IMG/VR virus record: IMGVR_UViG_3300032030_000047
Coordinates: 1 to 64,000 of that record
Reading direction: 5' to 3' (one strand)
DNA: 64,000 nucleotides
Source: a virus
Taxonomy: Duplodnaviria; Caudoviricetes
This document shows positions 26,761 to 35,360 of this stretch, in pieces (the first letter of the stretch is position 1; the number at the start of each line of letters is the position of its first letter). The notes beneath the pieces were generated by a model, which was not told the DNA's origin, ran no database searches, and was given only the letters and a program-made list of their open reading frames with translations. The translations under genes and the position numbers were made by a program.

Positions 26761-26878
26761 TAGACGTACTCATAACCGCGCTTCTGCCAATTGAGCGACC
26801 ATCCAATGGCTGGATGGGTTGGATTCGAACCAACACTTGACGGGCTCCCAAAGCGAAGAAATATTGCTGATACGTCTA
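26761..26878 (-). ncRNA. YrlA-like Y RNA (circularly permuted tRNA mimic)
   Basis: TAGACGTA/TACGTCTA stem, TCAGCAA, T arm GTTGG-TTCGAAT-CCAAC, closed acceptor CCATCCA-GCCAT-TGGATGG, D arm, TTATGAG. Confidence 0.8.
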
Positions 26879-26881
26879 AAG

Positions 26882-26953
26882 CGACCTTACGCAGAATTGA
26901 ACTGCGGTTTCAGGCGTGACAAGCCTACGTAATTACCACTATACGATAAGGCC
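26882..26953 (-). tRNA. tRNA-Asp(GUC)
   Basis: Cloverleaf, G73. Confidence 0.9.
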
Positions 26954-27005
26954 AGATGGCGCTTTCGCGCCGTGCATACTAAAAGGTATGCTGTTATGAT
27001 CAGAG

Positions 27006-27077
27006 CGACCTTACAGGGAATCGAACCCTGGTTTTCCGGTAGACAGCCGGATGTAATAACCTCTATACGATAAGGCC
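27006..27077 (-). tRNA. tRNA-Asp(GUC), second copy
   Basis: Same acceptor as 26882 copy, different anticodon and T arms. Confidence 0.9.
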
Positions 27078-27248
27078 ATATAATGCCGAGCACACCCTCG
27101 GCTTGGACTATTAGGGCCGTACCAATACTGGCGCGTATGCTTTAAACTTCTATCACCCTACTGTAAGAGATTATAGTGAGTAGTCGCTCACTAGCAGTAG
27201 GTTGCTAGCCGCGCATCGGTTTAGTCACCGTTTTTGCTAAGGTGAACG

Positions 27249-27321
27249 TAGCGGGAACGGGATTCGGACCCGTGTTTGTTGGGTATGAGCCAACCGTGCT
27301 AGACCTCTGTACTATCCCGCG
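27249..27321 (-). tRNA. Initiator-type tRNA-Met(CAU)
   Basis: C1:U72 mismatch, CTCATAC loop. Confidence 0.8.
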
Positions 27322-27355
27322 ATAAAATTGCCCTACTCCCAACTTCTCATGGGTA

Positions 27356-27730
27356 CGCCGCATATGGAATCGAACCATCTTCTACGCCATCTCTTGGCGT
27401 TTGGGAACTCCATTCCCACCTACGGTTTTCGGGCGCTATACCAAGTCTGCGCTTGGACTACGTGTAATTATCCTCAGTGTCACTGAGTCTCGTTTTACAT
27501 CCGCCGATGCCATACGTATGTAGGAGTTCCTTTGCATTCATGTAGCGTTGGATAGCCATACAAATCAATCCACAGCCTAGCCGAATATTCCTTTATTGAG
27601 CCTTCACACTGCTCAGGGTGGAGAGTCTAGGTATACCGCCTCCCTATTCGCGTGTCACCTAATTGTATTTAAGGGCCGACTAACAACGACTGCCCCTGCA
27701 TCTTTTACCTCACGGCTGGCTTGATGCGGC
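27356..27730 (-). ncRNA. 375-nt RNA with tRNA-like termini (acceptor stem plus T arm)
   Basis: 5' GCCGCAT pairs with 3' ATGCGGC-G; ATGG-TTCGATT-CCAT T arm; multiple internal hairpins. Confidence 0.55.
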
Positions 27731-27735
27731 CATAG

Positions 27736-27808
27736 TCCGCCACCAGGGACTCGAACCCTGAACCAATCGGATATAAGCCGAGTGCTCCACCAATTGAGCT
27801 TGTGGCGG
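27736..27808 (-). tRNA. tRNA-Ile(UAU)
   Basis: CTCGG-CTTATAT-CCGAT, A73. Confidence 0.8.
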
Positions 27809-27973
27809 TTATAATGCAAGTTATTAGGATTTTATTTCTGCACTTAAACGTTTTTATTGAGGTATCTCTAGCGGGACTCTTGGCACTTGCTCCCCATTCC
27901 CAGTCCAAACTGTCATCTTCCCTCATTCAACATAATTATTATACAATAATTTCTGCTGAAAGTCAAATATTAG

Positions 27974-28156
27974 TTAATCAAAGAGTTCAGAAAGTCCTTC
28001 TGTAGAAAAGCCTGCGGATGCGAGAAATCTTGCAAAAGCTTCACACACTTCATCGCGCGGAATACCATTTTCATTTTCTACATCAAAATGAATCTCATTT
28101 CCAGAAACATTGCCATCTTCGTCCTCAAATTCATACCAGAAACTAATTCTTTCCAT
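27974..28156 (-). CDS. Small acidic hypothetical protein
   Basis: GGAG RBS, ORF track. Confidence 0.6.
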   Translation of the reverse strand: MERISFWYEFEDEDGNVSGNEIHFDVENENGIPRDEVCEAFARFLASAGFSTEGLSELFD

Positions 28157-28159
28157 CTT

Positions 28160-28420
28160 TTACTCTCCTTCCCTTTCTTCATTAATTATAGCACAAATTT
28201 CTTCTCTAGTCAAATACTCATCTTCCAATTCATCATAAGAAAAATTCATAATAAAATCGTCCAACATAGCTTCTCCTTTCAGATCAAGAAATTTATGTTT
28301 GCGATTCTGTTCGCAGTAAGGACATGAACCATGATTTCGACAAGAATAATCAAATACTTTCGAGCCATGATAGGGCTTCCGATGTTCTTTCCCAGACTTA
28401 ATAGCCTTATCCAGTGCCAT
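28160..28420 (-). CDS. Hypothetical protein with SCRNHGSCPYC motif
   Basis: First ORF after promoter 28443. Confidence 0.7.
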   Translation of the reverse strand: MALDKAIKSGKEHRKPYHGSKVFDYSCRNHGSCPYCEQNRKHKFLDLKGEAMLDDFIMNFSYDELEDEYLTREEICAIINEEREGE

Positions 28421-28473
28421 CTCTCACCCTCCTTACATATATATTATACACGAAATTTGAAATAAAGTCAAAT

Positions 28474-28808
28474 AAAAAATTCCGTAAATTTGATTAGCTA
28501 GTGGCGCTAGTGCTCAAAGATACGGAAAATTATGGCGCTGAGGTTCGCTATTCCTCTGCCATCGGGCGATATGTCGTGTCGCCTTACGCCTCTCTTCACA
28601 CCTCAAGGATTGGTGAATGCACATCCGTAGCATCAGTACGAACGAGGACTTTCGTGCTCGAATTAACGCTTATAGATATTTTACAGACGCTATAAGTCGT
28701 TGGATACTTTGCTTTCCTAGGCAAGCTAAGACATAGTATCAGTGTCTGAAGTACTTATACGGTGCTTTCATACCGCTTCTCTATTGTCGCGATAGGCTAG
28801 AGAAGAAC
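28474..28808 (-). ncRNA. Candidate structured ncRNA (~330 nt) ending in terminator-like hairpin
   Basis: CTTCTCTA/TAGAGAAG, GATACT/AGTATC, CTTATAG/CTATAAG, GGCGA/TCGCC, TTCCGTA/TACGGAA plus T-run. Confidence 0.55.
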
Positions 28809-28813
28809 CTAAG

Positions 28814-28884
28814 AGCACCATGCGAGACTTGAACTCGCCGCATCTGCTTGGAAGGCAGACATATTTCCGCTATACGAATGGTGC
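28814..28884 (-). tRNA. tRNA-Gly(UCC)
   Basis: Cloverleaf, U73. Confidence 0.85.
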
Positions 28885-28901
28885 AAATAGCCCGAAGGCT
28901 A

Positions 28902-29825
28902 TTATCTATGTCGACGTTTTACTTCTTCTATTAGACTTTGCTTTAAATATATACGATATAATTTATTCCACACCATTTCATAAAATTCGGGCTTTACTAA
29001 ATAGTAACATACTATACGTAGCCATACTTCAGGTGTATTAGTGCGTCCTGAAATTTTAAAATACCGAATCCCCTTATCAGAAAGCTCTCGCACTCTGTCT
29101 AAAGTAACCATATGTTCGCGCGCGAAAATACCTGCAACACATTCATCTGCAGAAGGTGAAGAACCAGCAGAATCGCAATGAAGAACTTGCTCTTCTTCTG
29201 TAAGAGGCAAATTTTTATACATTTTACTTAACTGTAAATAGTGTTTCGATCTTTCAGGACAATGACTACGACAAGGCTCTGCACAAACAACTTCAATATT
29301 ATTCAAATGTTTCAATTGTTTAATATATTCGTCATCATTATTACAGTTGTAATTCATGACATAGATATTGTTTTTAGTTAATTCATTAACTTTGTCTATA
29401 TCAGTAATATTTAAAGTAGTAGAATAAATAATATCTAATTGTGGATATTCTCTTTCCAAATACTGCTTTAGTATCGGAGAAAACAAGGTTACAGCATCGT
29501 GCGGGCGCATATAAGTATGTAAAAAGTTATTACAATCTGGGTCTAAGACATCATGTTCATCTAAAAGCAAATTAGTACATACATGTCGTATTTGCATAGG
29601 TGTTGTATTAATCCATTGCATAATATCTTGAATTGGCGTAGTATTAATAATATTTTGCGCCTCTCGACCACCGTTCCACATTAGATATGGTGGAAAATCA
29701 TATACGTTGTCCATTACATGATCTGCGATAAATTGCTCTGGATATTGTTGTTTATATTCATATAATAATTTTACCAAAGGAAATTGCCGAATATATCCAG
29801 GAATTGAAAATAATTTATCAGGCAT
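28902..29825 (-). CDS. U32-peptidase-like TIM-barrel protein
   Basis: C-terminal YFKISGR motif, Cys cluster CAEPCRSHC...C. Confidence 0.55.
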   Translation of the reverse strand: MPDKLFSIPGYIRQFPLVKLLYEYKQQYPEQFIADHVMDNVYDFPPYLMWNGGREAQNIINTTPIQDIMQWINTTPMQIRHVCTNLLLDEHDVLDPDCNNFLHTYMRPHDAVTLFSPILKQYLEREYPQLDIIYSTTLNITDIDKVNELTKNNIYVMNYNCNNDDEYIKQLKHLNNIEVVCAEPCRSHCPERSKHYLQLSKMYKNLPLTEEEQVLHCDSAGSSPSADECVAGIFAREHMVTLDRVRELSDKGIRYFKISGRTNTPEVWLRIVCYYLVKPEFYEMVWNKLYRIYLKQSLIEEVKRRHR

Positions 29826-30270
29826 TGTGTGTCTCCAATATTTTTTTTAATTCAGATAAATCTCTCTATTTTTGTATAAAATAAGATAATATTTCACGCG
29901 TAACCAAGAATAATAATTCTTGTAATAAGAATGAATTTGCTTCCTTAGGCAAATTATCATATATATTTAAGACTATATCGACATGACGCGGTTTTCGCGC
30001 CAAAGCACGCAAAAGAAAGTATAATTCTAAATACTATATAGCTATTGGATCTGTAATATAATATAATTCTGCATACTGTTTTGTAAACTGGACAATATAA
30101 TCTCTTAATCGTACATAATCAGTAGTATCTAGATTGCTTTCATAAAATAAATTTCCCCAGTTAATATATGACGGGGCTATCCAAGAATTTAAGTATGAGG
30201 ACATTGTATCAACAGAAGGTACTTTAAATTGCTTCATAGCATAAAGTGCCCTTAATTTGCTAACATTCAT
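29818..30270 (-). CDS. Hypothetical protein (150 aa, code 15)
   Basis: Track ORF 30034-30270 continues through two TAG to a TGA that overlaps the next ATG. Confidence 0.65.
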
Positions 30271-30776
30271 TCAGATATATATTTTTCAGCGAGAGTCATA
30301 CGATCATATTCTTGCTCTTGCTCTAGTTCAGACAGTAATTGATCAATTTCTTCATCGTCCCCAATACTGTGAATTATTAAAGCTAATACATATCTATATT
30401 TAATTTCCGTTTTTAATTGTGTTATTTCTGTTTTATCCGATTCAACTTGAAAAGCTTCTTTTAATTGCGGCAAATATTCTATATTAATACCTTGAATTTG
30501 AAAGATGAATAAAGAAAAGAAATGACATAATACTGTGCGTTCTCCTTCAGTATAGTATTCTTCATATACTTCATCTACAATAGGCTTAAAATAATTATAA
30601 TCGCGCGCATAATCTATTAAATATGCCTCATTACGAATTAAACCAATTACACTAAAAATAGCTCCCATTGGATATTTAAAACGTGGAATATAATTTTTTA
30701 TTAGCTATATTTCATCTTCATTAGGATTTCTTTTAGCATTAAAAATCCTTAATAAGCGTAACTCTGTAACATCCAT
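30267..30776 (-). CDS. Hypothetical protein (169 aa, code 15)
   Basis: GGAGG RBS and ATG 30776, one TAG, joins track ORF. Confidence 0.65.
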
Positions 30777-30788
30777 TTAATTTCCTCC

Positions 30789-31502
30789 TTAACCATTCGG
30801 ATTGTAACCCCAAGCAAATGAACATCCGCCATTAAATGAAGTACACCAACCATTGCAATTAGTTGAACATGTGTCACCGCATCCCTGACAAGCATTACTG
30901 CAGCCTGTACATCCTTTGCAACTACCGCTACAACTGCCACTACAAGAACCAGTGCATGTATTACTGCAACCTTGACAGCTACCTTGACAGCCACCACTAC
31001 AAGAACCAGTACAAGTACCACTACATCCTTTACAAGTGCCAGTGCATGTATTACTGCAACCTTGGCATCCGCCACTACAAGAACCAGTACAAGAACCGGT
31101 ACAACTCCCACTACATGTACCAGTACAACTGGTACAGCCACGACAAGCACCTGTACATGTACTATAACAAAGCCCAGTGCATGAACTATTACAATCGGTC
31201 GAATTGGCCGTTAAGGAATAATTCTCATTAGATGTCAATCTAGTAGCCGCGGCTTGAATAGCATATACTAAACTGCCTTGATTAGCTGTTAGTCCAGTTG
31301 GGCTAATACGATTAATATTACCTACTGTTTCATTAAAATGAGAAATTTTAACAGGACTTCCTGCTGCCATAGTTTCGCTCCAGCCGGTATTATAAGCAGC
31401 AAGTGATCCGTTAAAGCGTCTGCGATACATTTCATTATTAACTCGTGTTTTTAAAGCTTGCATATCACTTGCTGTTAAACTATTTCCAGCTGTTAACGCC
31501 AT
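30789..31502 (-). CDS. CXXX-repeat radical SAM target protein (33 Cys) with ~100-aa N-terminal domain
   Basis: C-x3 and C-x2 periodicity with Ser/Thr/Gly-rich spacers; directly downstream of a radical SAM/SPASM gene. Confidence 0.85.
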   Translation of the reverse strand: MALTAGNSLTASDMQALKTRVNNEMYRRRFNGSLAAYNTGWSETMAAGSPVKISHFNETVGNINRISPTGLTANQGSLVYAIQAAATRLTSNENYSLTANSTDCNSSCTGLCYSTCTGACRGCTSCTGTCSGSCTGSCTGSCSGGCQGCSNTCTGTCKGCSGTCTGSCSGGCQGSCQGCSNTCTGSCSGSCSGSCKGCTGCSNACQGCGDTCSTNCNGWCTSFNGGCSFAWGYNPNG

Positions 31503-31508
31503 GACTTA

Positions 31509-32819
31509 TCACTCCTCGGAATGTTCAAAATCCGCCAACGTGAGCAACATATCATACTCGTCGTCGTCAATTAGATATTTTGCTGTTGTACGGTCTAAAT
31601 AAACAGGCATTCGTTTTTCTGAATGTAACTGTCTAAAAAATTTATTTAAATAATAACTATTAGCTAAAGAGCGAGCGCGTTGCATCCAACAAAGACCTGT
31701 ATCTCGTTTGTCTAAAATACCTCCAAACTTTTGGTAATTCCAAGCTGCACACCAAGAACAACCAGAAGCAACGGAACAATTAAAACATTCATCTGTAGAT
31801 TGAGTACGTCGATTAATTGCTTTCATTTTATACCAATAATCTTTTTCTTTTTCTGTCTGATAAATTCCATGATCTACATTGCCTATAATAATAGGATCTA
31901 CTTCTGTGCCTAAAGAACTAGGCATATAGCGTAGACATGGATATGCATTTCCATCAGGGTCAAAAGCCAACATATCTCCAGTACCACCGCACCAGTTAGT
32001 TAAATTACTACTGAGAAGTGGCTTGCCATAAAATTCTCCAAACATACTCGAAAAAACACCTTGCTTAGATAAAATTTTATCTGCAAGCTGTTTTAATTGT
32101 ATATAATATATCTTTGCTTCCTCTATGGTCCATTTACGTTCATTTATTGGATTACCAACAATAAAAGCGCATTCTTTATCAACAAAAAAATCTACTATTT
32201 CACTCAGCATAGGCAAATTTTCTGGTGAAATTGTAATTTTTGTACCAGGTACTTGGTGTCTTACTGTTCGCCAATCTTCATACGCGGCAATAGCTCTATC
32301 AAAGCTACCATTGCCATCATAATCCTTTCTACAAGCATCATGTACTTGTTTTGGGCCATCAATAGTAATGCAGAGACTTAAGAAACTTAAGAATTCATCT
32401 ACATACTTTTGAAATGCATCTGTAAAATAGAGTAAGCCATTGGTAGAAATGTTAAATCGAAAGTTTGTTGTCCACGGATGATCTAACTCTATACATTTAT
32501 TGAGAAAATATCTACTGCCATACTGAATAACGTCCATATTCATCAGAGGTTCGCCGCCGATAAATTCAATAATAATACCTTTAGTATGATGATTAATTAA
32601 AGTATTTGGATCGTTTTTCGCATAGGCTTCAAATAGTAAGTCCATTCCTTTTTTCATGACTTCTTTTGTCATGAATTTATGTCCTTTATTAATTTGATAA
32701 CAGTAGGAGCAATTTAAACAACAATCATCAGTTACTTGAAACGTTATAGTCGGACAATTGACTTTAGGGTCTGCTGACCTATAACGTTTCATGATATAAT
32801 TATGAAACTCGTGAAACAT
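31509..32819 (-). CDS. Radical SAM/SPASM maturase, CXXX-repeat-target type (copy 2)
   Basis: CCLNCSYC (CxxxCxxC), GGEP, SPASM WCGG...YPC...CFNC...CSWC...C. Confidence 0.9.
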   Translation of the reverse strand: MFHEFHNYIMKRYRSADPKVNCPTITFQVTDDCCLNCSYCYQINKGHKFMTKEVMKKGMDLLFEAYAKNDPNTLINHHTKGIIIEFIGGEPLMNMDVIQYGSRYFLNKCIELDHPWTTNFRFNISTNGLLYFTDAFQKYVDEFLSFLSLCITIDGPKQVHDACRKDYDGNGSFDRAIAAYEDWRTVRHQVPGTKITISPENLPMLSEIVDFFVDKECAFIVGNPINERKWTIEEAKIYYIQLKQLADKILSKQGVFSSMFGEFYGKPLLSSNLTNWCGGTGDMLAFDPDGNAYPCLRYMPSSLGTEVDPIIIGNVDHGIYQTEKEKDYWYKMKAINRRTQSTDECFNCSVASGCSWCAAWNYQKFGGILDKRDTGLCWMQRARSLANSYYLNKFFRQLHSEKRMPVYLDRTTAKYLIDDDEYDMLLTLADFEHSEE

Positions 32820-33112
32820 TAATTATAAAACTCCAATGTATGCTGCGCGAAGTTAAAACTAAAATTCATCCCTGCTCCCTGAGGACGATATTTATTAGCA
32901 ATTTCATTCTTAAGTTTTTCCAAACGAATAGAAAGTTCAATTGCGGCATCCCATTTCTTATCCAGATAAGAAATTTTCAGGCCATCTACTCCTTCATTAT
33001 AATTATACAGTAGATAACTTAATACGCCCATATAACCATTGTACTCGTCAAAAAGTATCTCTACCTTTTCAATGTCCTCGCTAGAAACATCTACAACTAC
33101 TCTGTCTTCCAT
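32819..33112 (-). CDS. Small CXXX-system accessory-like protein (paralog of 34998-35270)
   Basis: True start MEDRVV; shares YxxYMxxLxYL and DKKW...xELE...KY(K/R)PxG with paralog. Confidence 0.7.
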   Translation of the reverse strand: MEDRVVVDVSSEDIEKVEILFDEYNGYMGVLSYLLYNYNEGVDGLKISYLDKKWDAAIELSIRLEKLKNEIANKYRPQGAGMNFSFNFAQHTLEFYN

Positions 33113-33145
33113 ATCCTTTAATCTCCTTTTATATAAAATAATAAG

Positions 33146-33233
33146 CAGCCCCTGAAAGATTCGAACTTTCATAACCTCGGCAGAGGATATAACGGTTTTA
33201 GAGACCGGCGTCTTGCCATTAGACGAAGGGGCT
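33146..33233 (-). tRNA. Amber-decoding tRNA (anticodon CUA), long variable arm
   Basis: AGCCCCT/AGGGGCT-G, CCGGT-CTCTAAA-ACCGT, V arm CCTC-TGCC-GAGG, GAAAG-TTCGAAT-CTTTC. Confidence 0.88.
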
Positions 33234-33234
33234 A

Positions 33235-33261
33235 TAAAAGGGCTGATTCTCGGCTCAGCCC
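33235..33261 (-). terminator. Terminator-like hairpin just 5' of the CUA tRNA
   Basis: GGGCTGA-GCCGAGAA-TCAGCCC-TTTT. Confidence 0.6.
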
Positions 33262-33271
33262 AGAGCCGTCA

Positions 33272-33616
33272 TCAGACCATGAAAATCTTATCGAAAATAT
33301 CAAACAAAGTAGGAATATCCTCGGGATTGGAGCTAGAAAAATGATACGTATGATACTTATTTACAAATGCATTGAGCGCATCCTTATAAGCATTCTGCGC
33401 CTTAACCATCTCCTTACGCGCGGCTTCGACCTTATCAGCCATTGCCTTGCGCTCGGCTGCTTCCTTTTCTTTCTTCTCCTTCTCTTCCCGTAGAGCCTTT
33501 TCCTTTTGAATCTTTTCCAGATTTTCCTGTTCTTTTAGTTCAAATTCAGCACGATTTGCTTCCTCTACTGAATTATAGAACTTACCGGTGCGATCGCTAA
33601 ATACCTTAATAGCCAT
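33272..33616 (-). CDS. Coiled-coil hypothetical protein
   Basis: E/K/A-rich; follows promoter 33681. Confidence 0.7.
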   Translation of the reverse strand: MAIKVFSDRTGKFYNSVEEANRAEFELKEQENLEKIQKEKALREEKEKKEKEAAERKAMADKVEAARKEMVKAQNAYKDALNAFVNKYHTYHFSSSNPEDIPTLFDIFDKIFMV

Positions 33617-33705
33617 ATTACTACCTCCCTATGTAGTAAAAAATATATTTAAGCAAGTTCCTTTCCTTGCTTATACATATATTATACACTGAATTTTGAA
33701 AAAAG

Positions 33706-35001
33706 TCAAGTTTTAGATAGAAGCAATAATTTATTATATTCTTTCAATGTAATCAAATGCATTGCAATATCAACAGGTAAATACATCTTTTTACGTTTGG
33801 CCATATTATGTTTTCTATAATATTTATTCCAATAATAAACGCCAGCAAGAGCTTCTGCACGGTGCATCCAACATATGTTGGTACTACGTTTATTGTATGT
33901 GCCAAATTCATTATAGTTTTCAGCTGAGCACCAGGCGCAACCTGACGCGACAGGACAATCTAAACATTCCTGTGTTGATTGTGACTGTCGAGTAACTTTT
34001 TTCATATCATCATATATAGCCTTATATTCTGGAGTGTTATATATACCATGGACATTGCCGATTACTATAGGTTTACGCTCTGGACTTAGTGAACTTGCCA
34101 TATAACGTAAACAAGGATACGCCAGTCCTTGTGGGTCAAAAGCTAACATTGCAGATGTACCGCCACAATAGTTATTAGTCTCACTTTCTGGAACTGGTTC
34201 TCCTTTGAAGTCAGAAAATAAGGAACTTTCTGCGCCTTCTACTTCAAGCAATCTATCTGCTAACTTAATTAGTAATTTATAATATAACTATGCTTCTTCT
34301 TCTGTCCATTTATGCTCAAATATAGGATTAGCATGAATTGTTGTACAACCCTTAGATAAAAAGAAATCAAATATTTCTCCGATTTTAGGTAGGTTTTCAG
34401 GCGCAATTGTAACTTTAGTATCTGGTATATTATGCTTCTTTACAAGAAACCAATCATTCCACGCGGCCATAGCTCTATCGAAACTGCCAGTACCGCCCAA
34501 ATCTACTCGACAAAGGTCGTGTATATCTTTGGGCCCGTCTATTGTAACATTCATACTGATAAGGCTATGATATTTATCTAAGAATGCTTGTACCTTTGGC
34601 TCAAAATAGAGTAAACCATTTGTACTGATGGAAATACGGAAATTGGTAAGCCAAATATGATCGCGTTCACAGCATTGTTGGATAAAATATTCTACAATAT
34701 AATCCATCACATCTACATTCATAAACGGTTCGCCGCCGATCATATCCAGAATGATACCATATGTATGTTTATTGATGACCATATTCTCGTCATTCTCTTC
34801 ATACAATTTGAATAGTAAGTCAACTGCGTCCTTAGCCACTTCTTTACTCATCATCGCATGACCCTTATGCGTCTGATAACAGTAAGAACATTTTAAACAA
34901 CAATCATCTGTCACCTAAAAAGTGATATTGCGGCATTCTGCCTTTGGATCCTCAAAAGAATATATAGATCTTACTTCCTCTGAATAGTCATGACTTTTCA
35001 T
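33706..35001 (-). CDS. Radical SAM/SPASM maturase, CXXX-repeat-target type (copy 1; 431 aa, 2 in-frame TAG)
   Basis: MKSHDY...ITF(TAG)VTDDCCLKCSYC; fragments 34288-34914 and 33706-34251 join and align end to end with copy 2. Confidence 0.9.
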
Positions 35002-35270
35002 TCTTTGTAAAACACCACCTGGGTATTATCAAAGTCAAATTCATATCGATCCCATTCGCCCTCAGGTTTATATTTAGCTTCAATTGCTGATTTAGCAAGA
35101 TCAAGTTCAATCCATATATCTGCTGCTTCATTCCATTTCTTATCGTAAATATCTGTACTAAAAGTATTAGCAGCCAGATATTCTAACATACTCATATAGG
35201 CATTGTATTTGTAAAATAGACGCCGCACATTTTCACATTCTTCATGTGTAATATCAATTGCTTGCTTCAT
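34998..35270 (-). CDS. Small CXXX-system accessory-like protein
   Basis: 90 aa, ATGA-coupled to radical SAM copy 1. Confidence 0.7.
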   Translation of the reverse strand: MKQAIDITHEECENVRRLFYKYNAYMSMLEYLAANTFSTDIYDKKWNEAADIWIELDLAKSAIEAKYKPEGEWDRYEFDFDNTQVVFYKE

Positions 35271-35331
35271 AAATTAGTCTCCTTAAAAATTATTATAGGA
35301 TAAAGGATACTCCTTCCCTTATCCTATAATA

Positions 35332-35360
35332 ATTATATCATATATGGAGGAAAAAGTCAA
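35332..35360 (-). promoter_or_regulatory. Sigma-A-like promoter of the radical SAM cluster
   Basis: TTGACT-N17-TATAAT. Confidence 0.75.

Noticed and set aside
27085-27240. Group I intron fragment (GACTA...TAGTCC plus hairpin)
   Set aside because: Only 155 nt, no P3, P4 or P6, and no interrupted exon on either side.
28620-28665. Hammerhead ribozyme (GAAA...CTGATG)
   Set aside because: The core reads CTGATGC rather than CUGANGA, and stems I-III cannot be formed.
30749-31231. Val/Ala-rich, Tyr/His-rich and Thr-rich ORFs over the CXXX gene
   Set aside because: They are alternative frames of the repetitive Cys-repeat coding sequence.
32819-33172. 117-aa start for the accessory protein
   Set aside because: The extension overlaps the CUA tRNA; the RBS and paralog alignment favour ATG at 33112.
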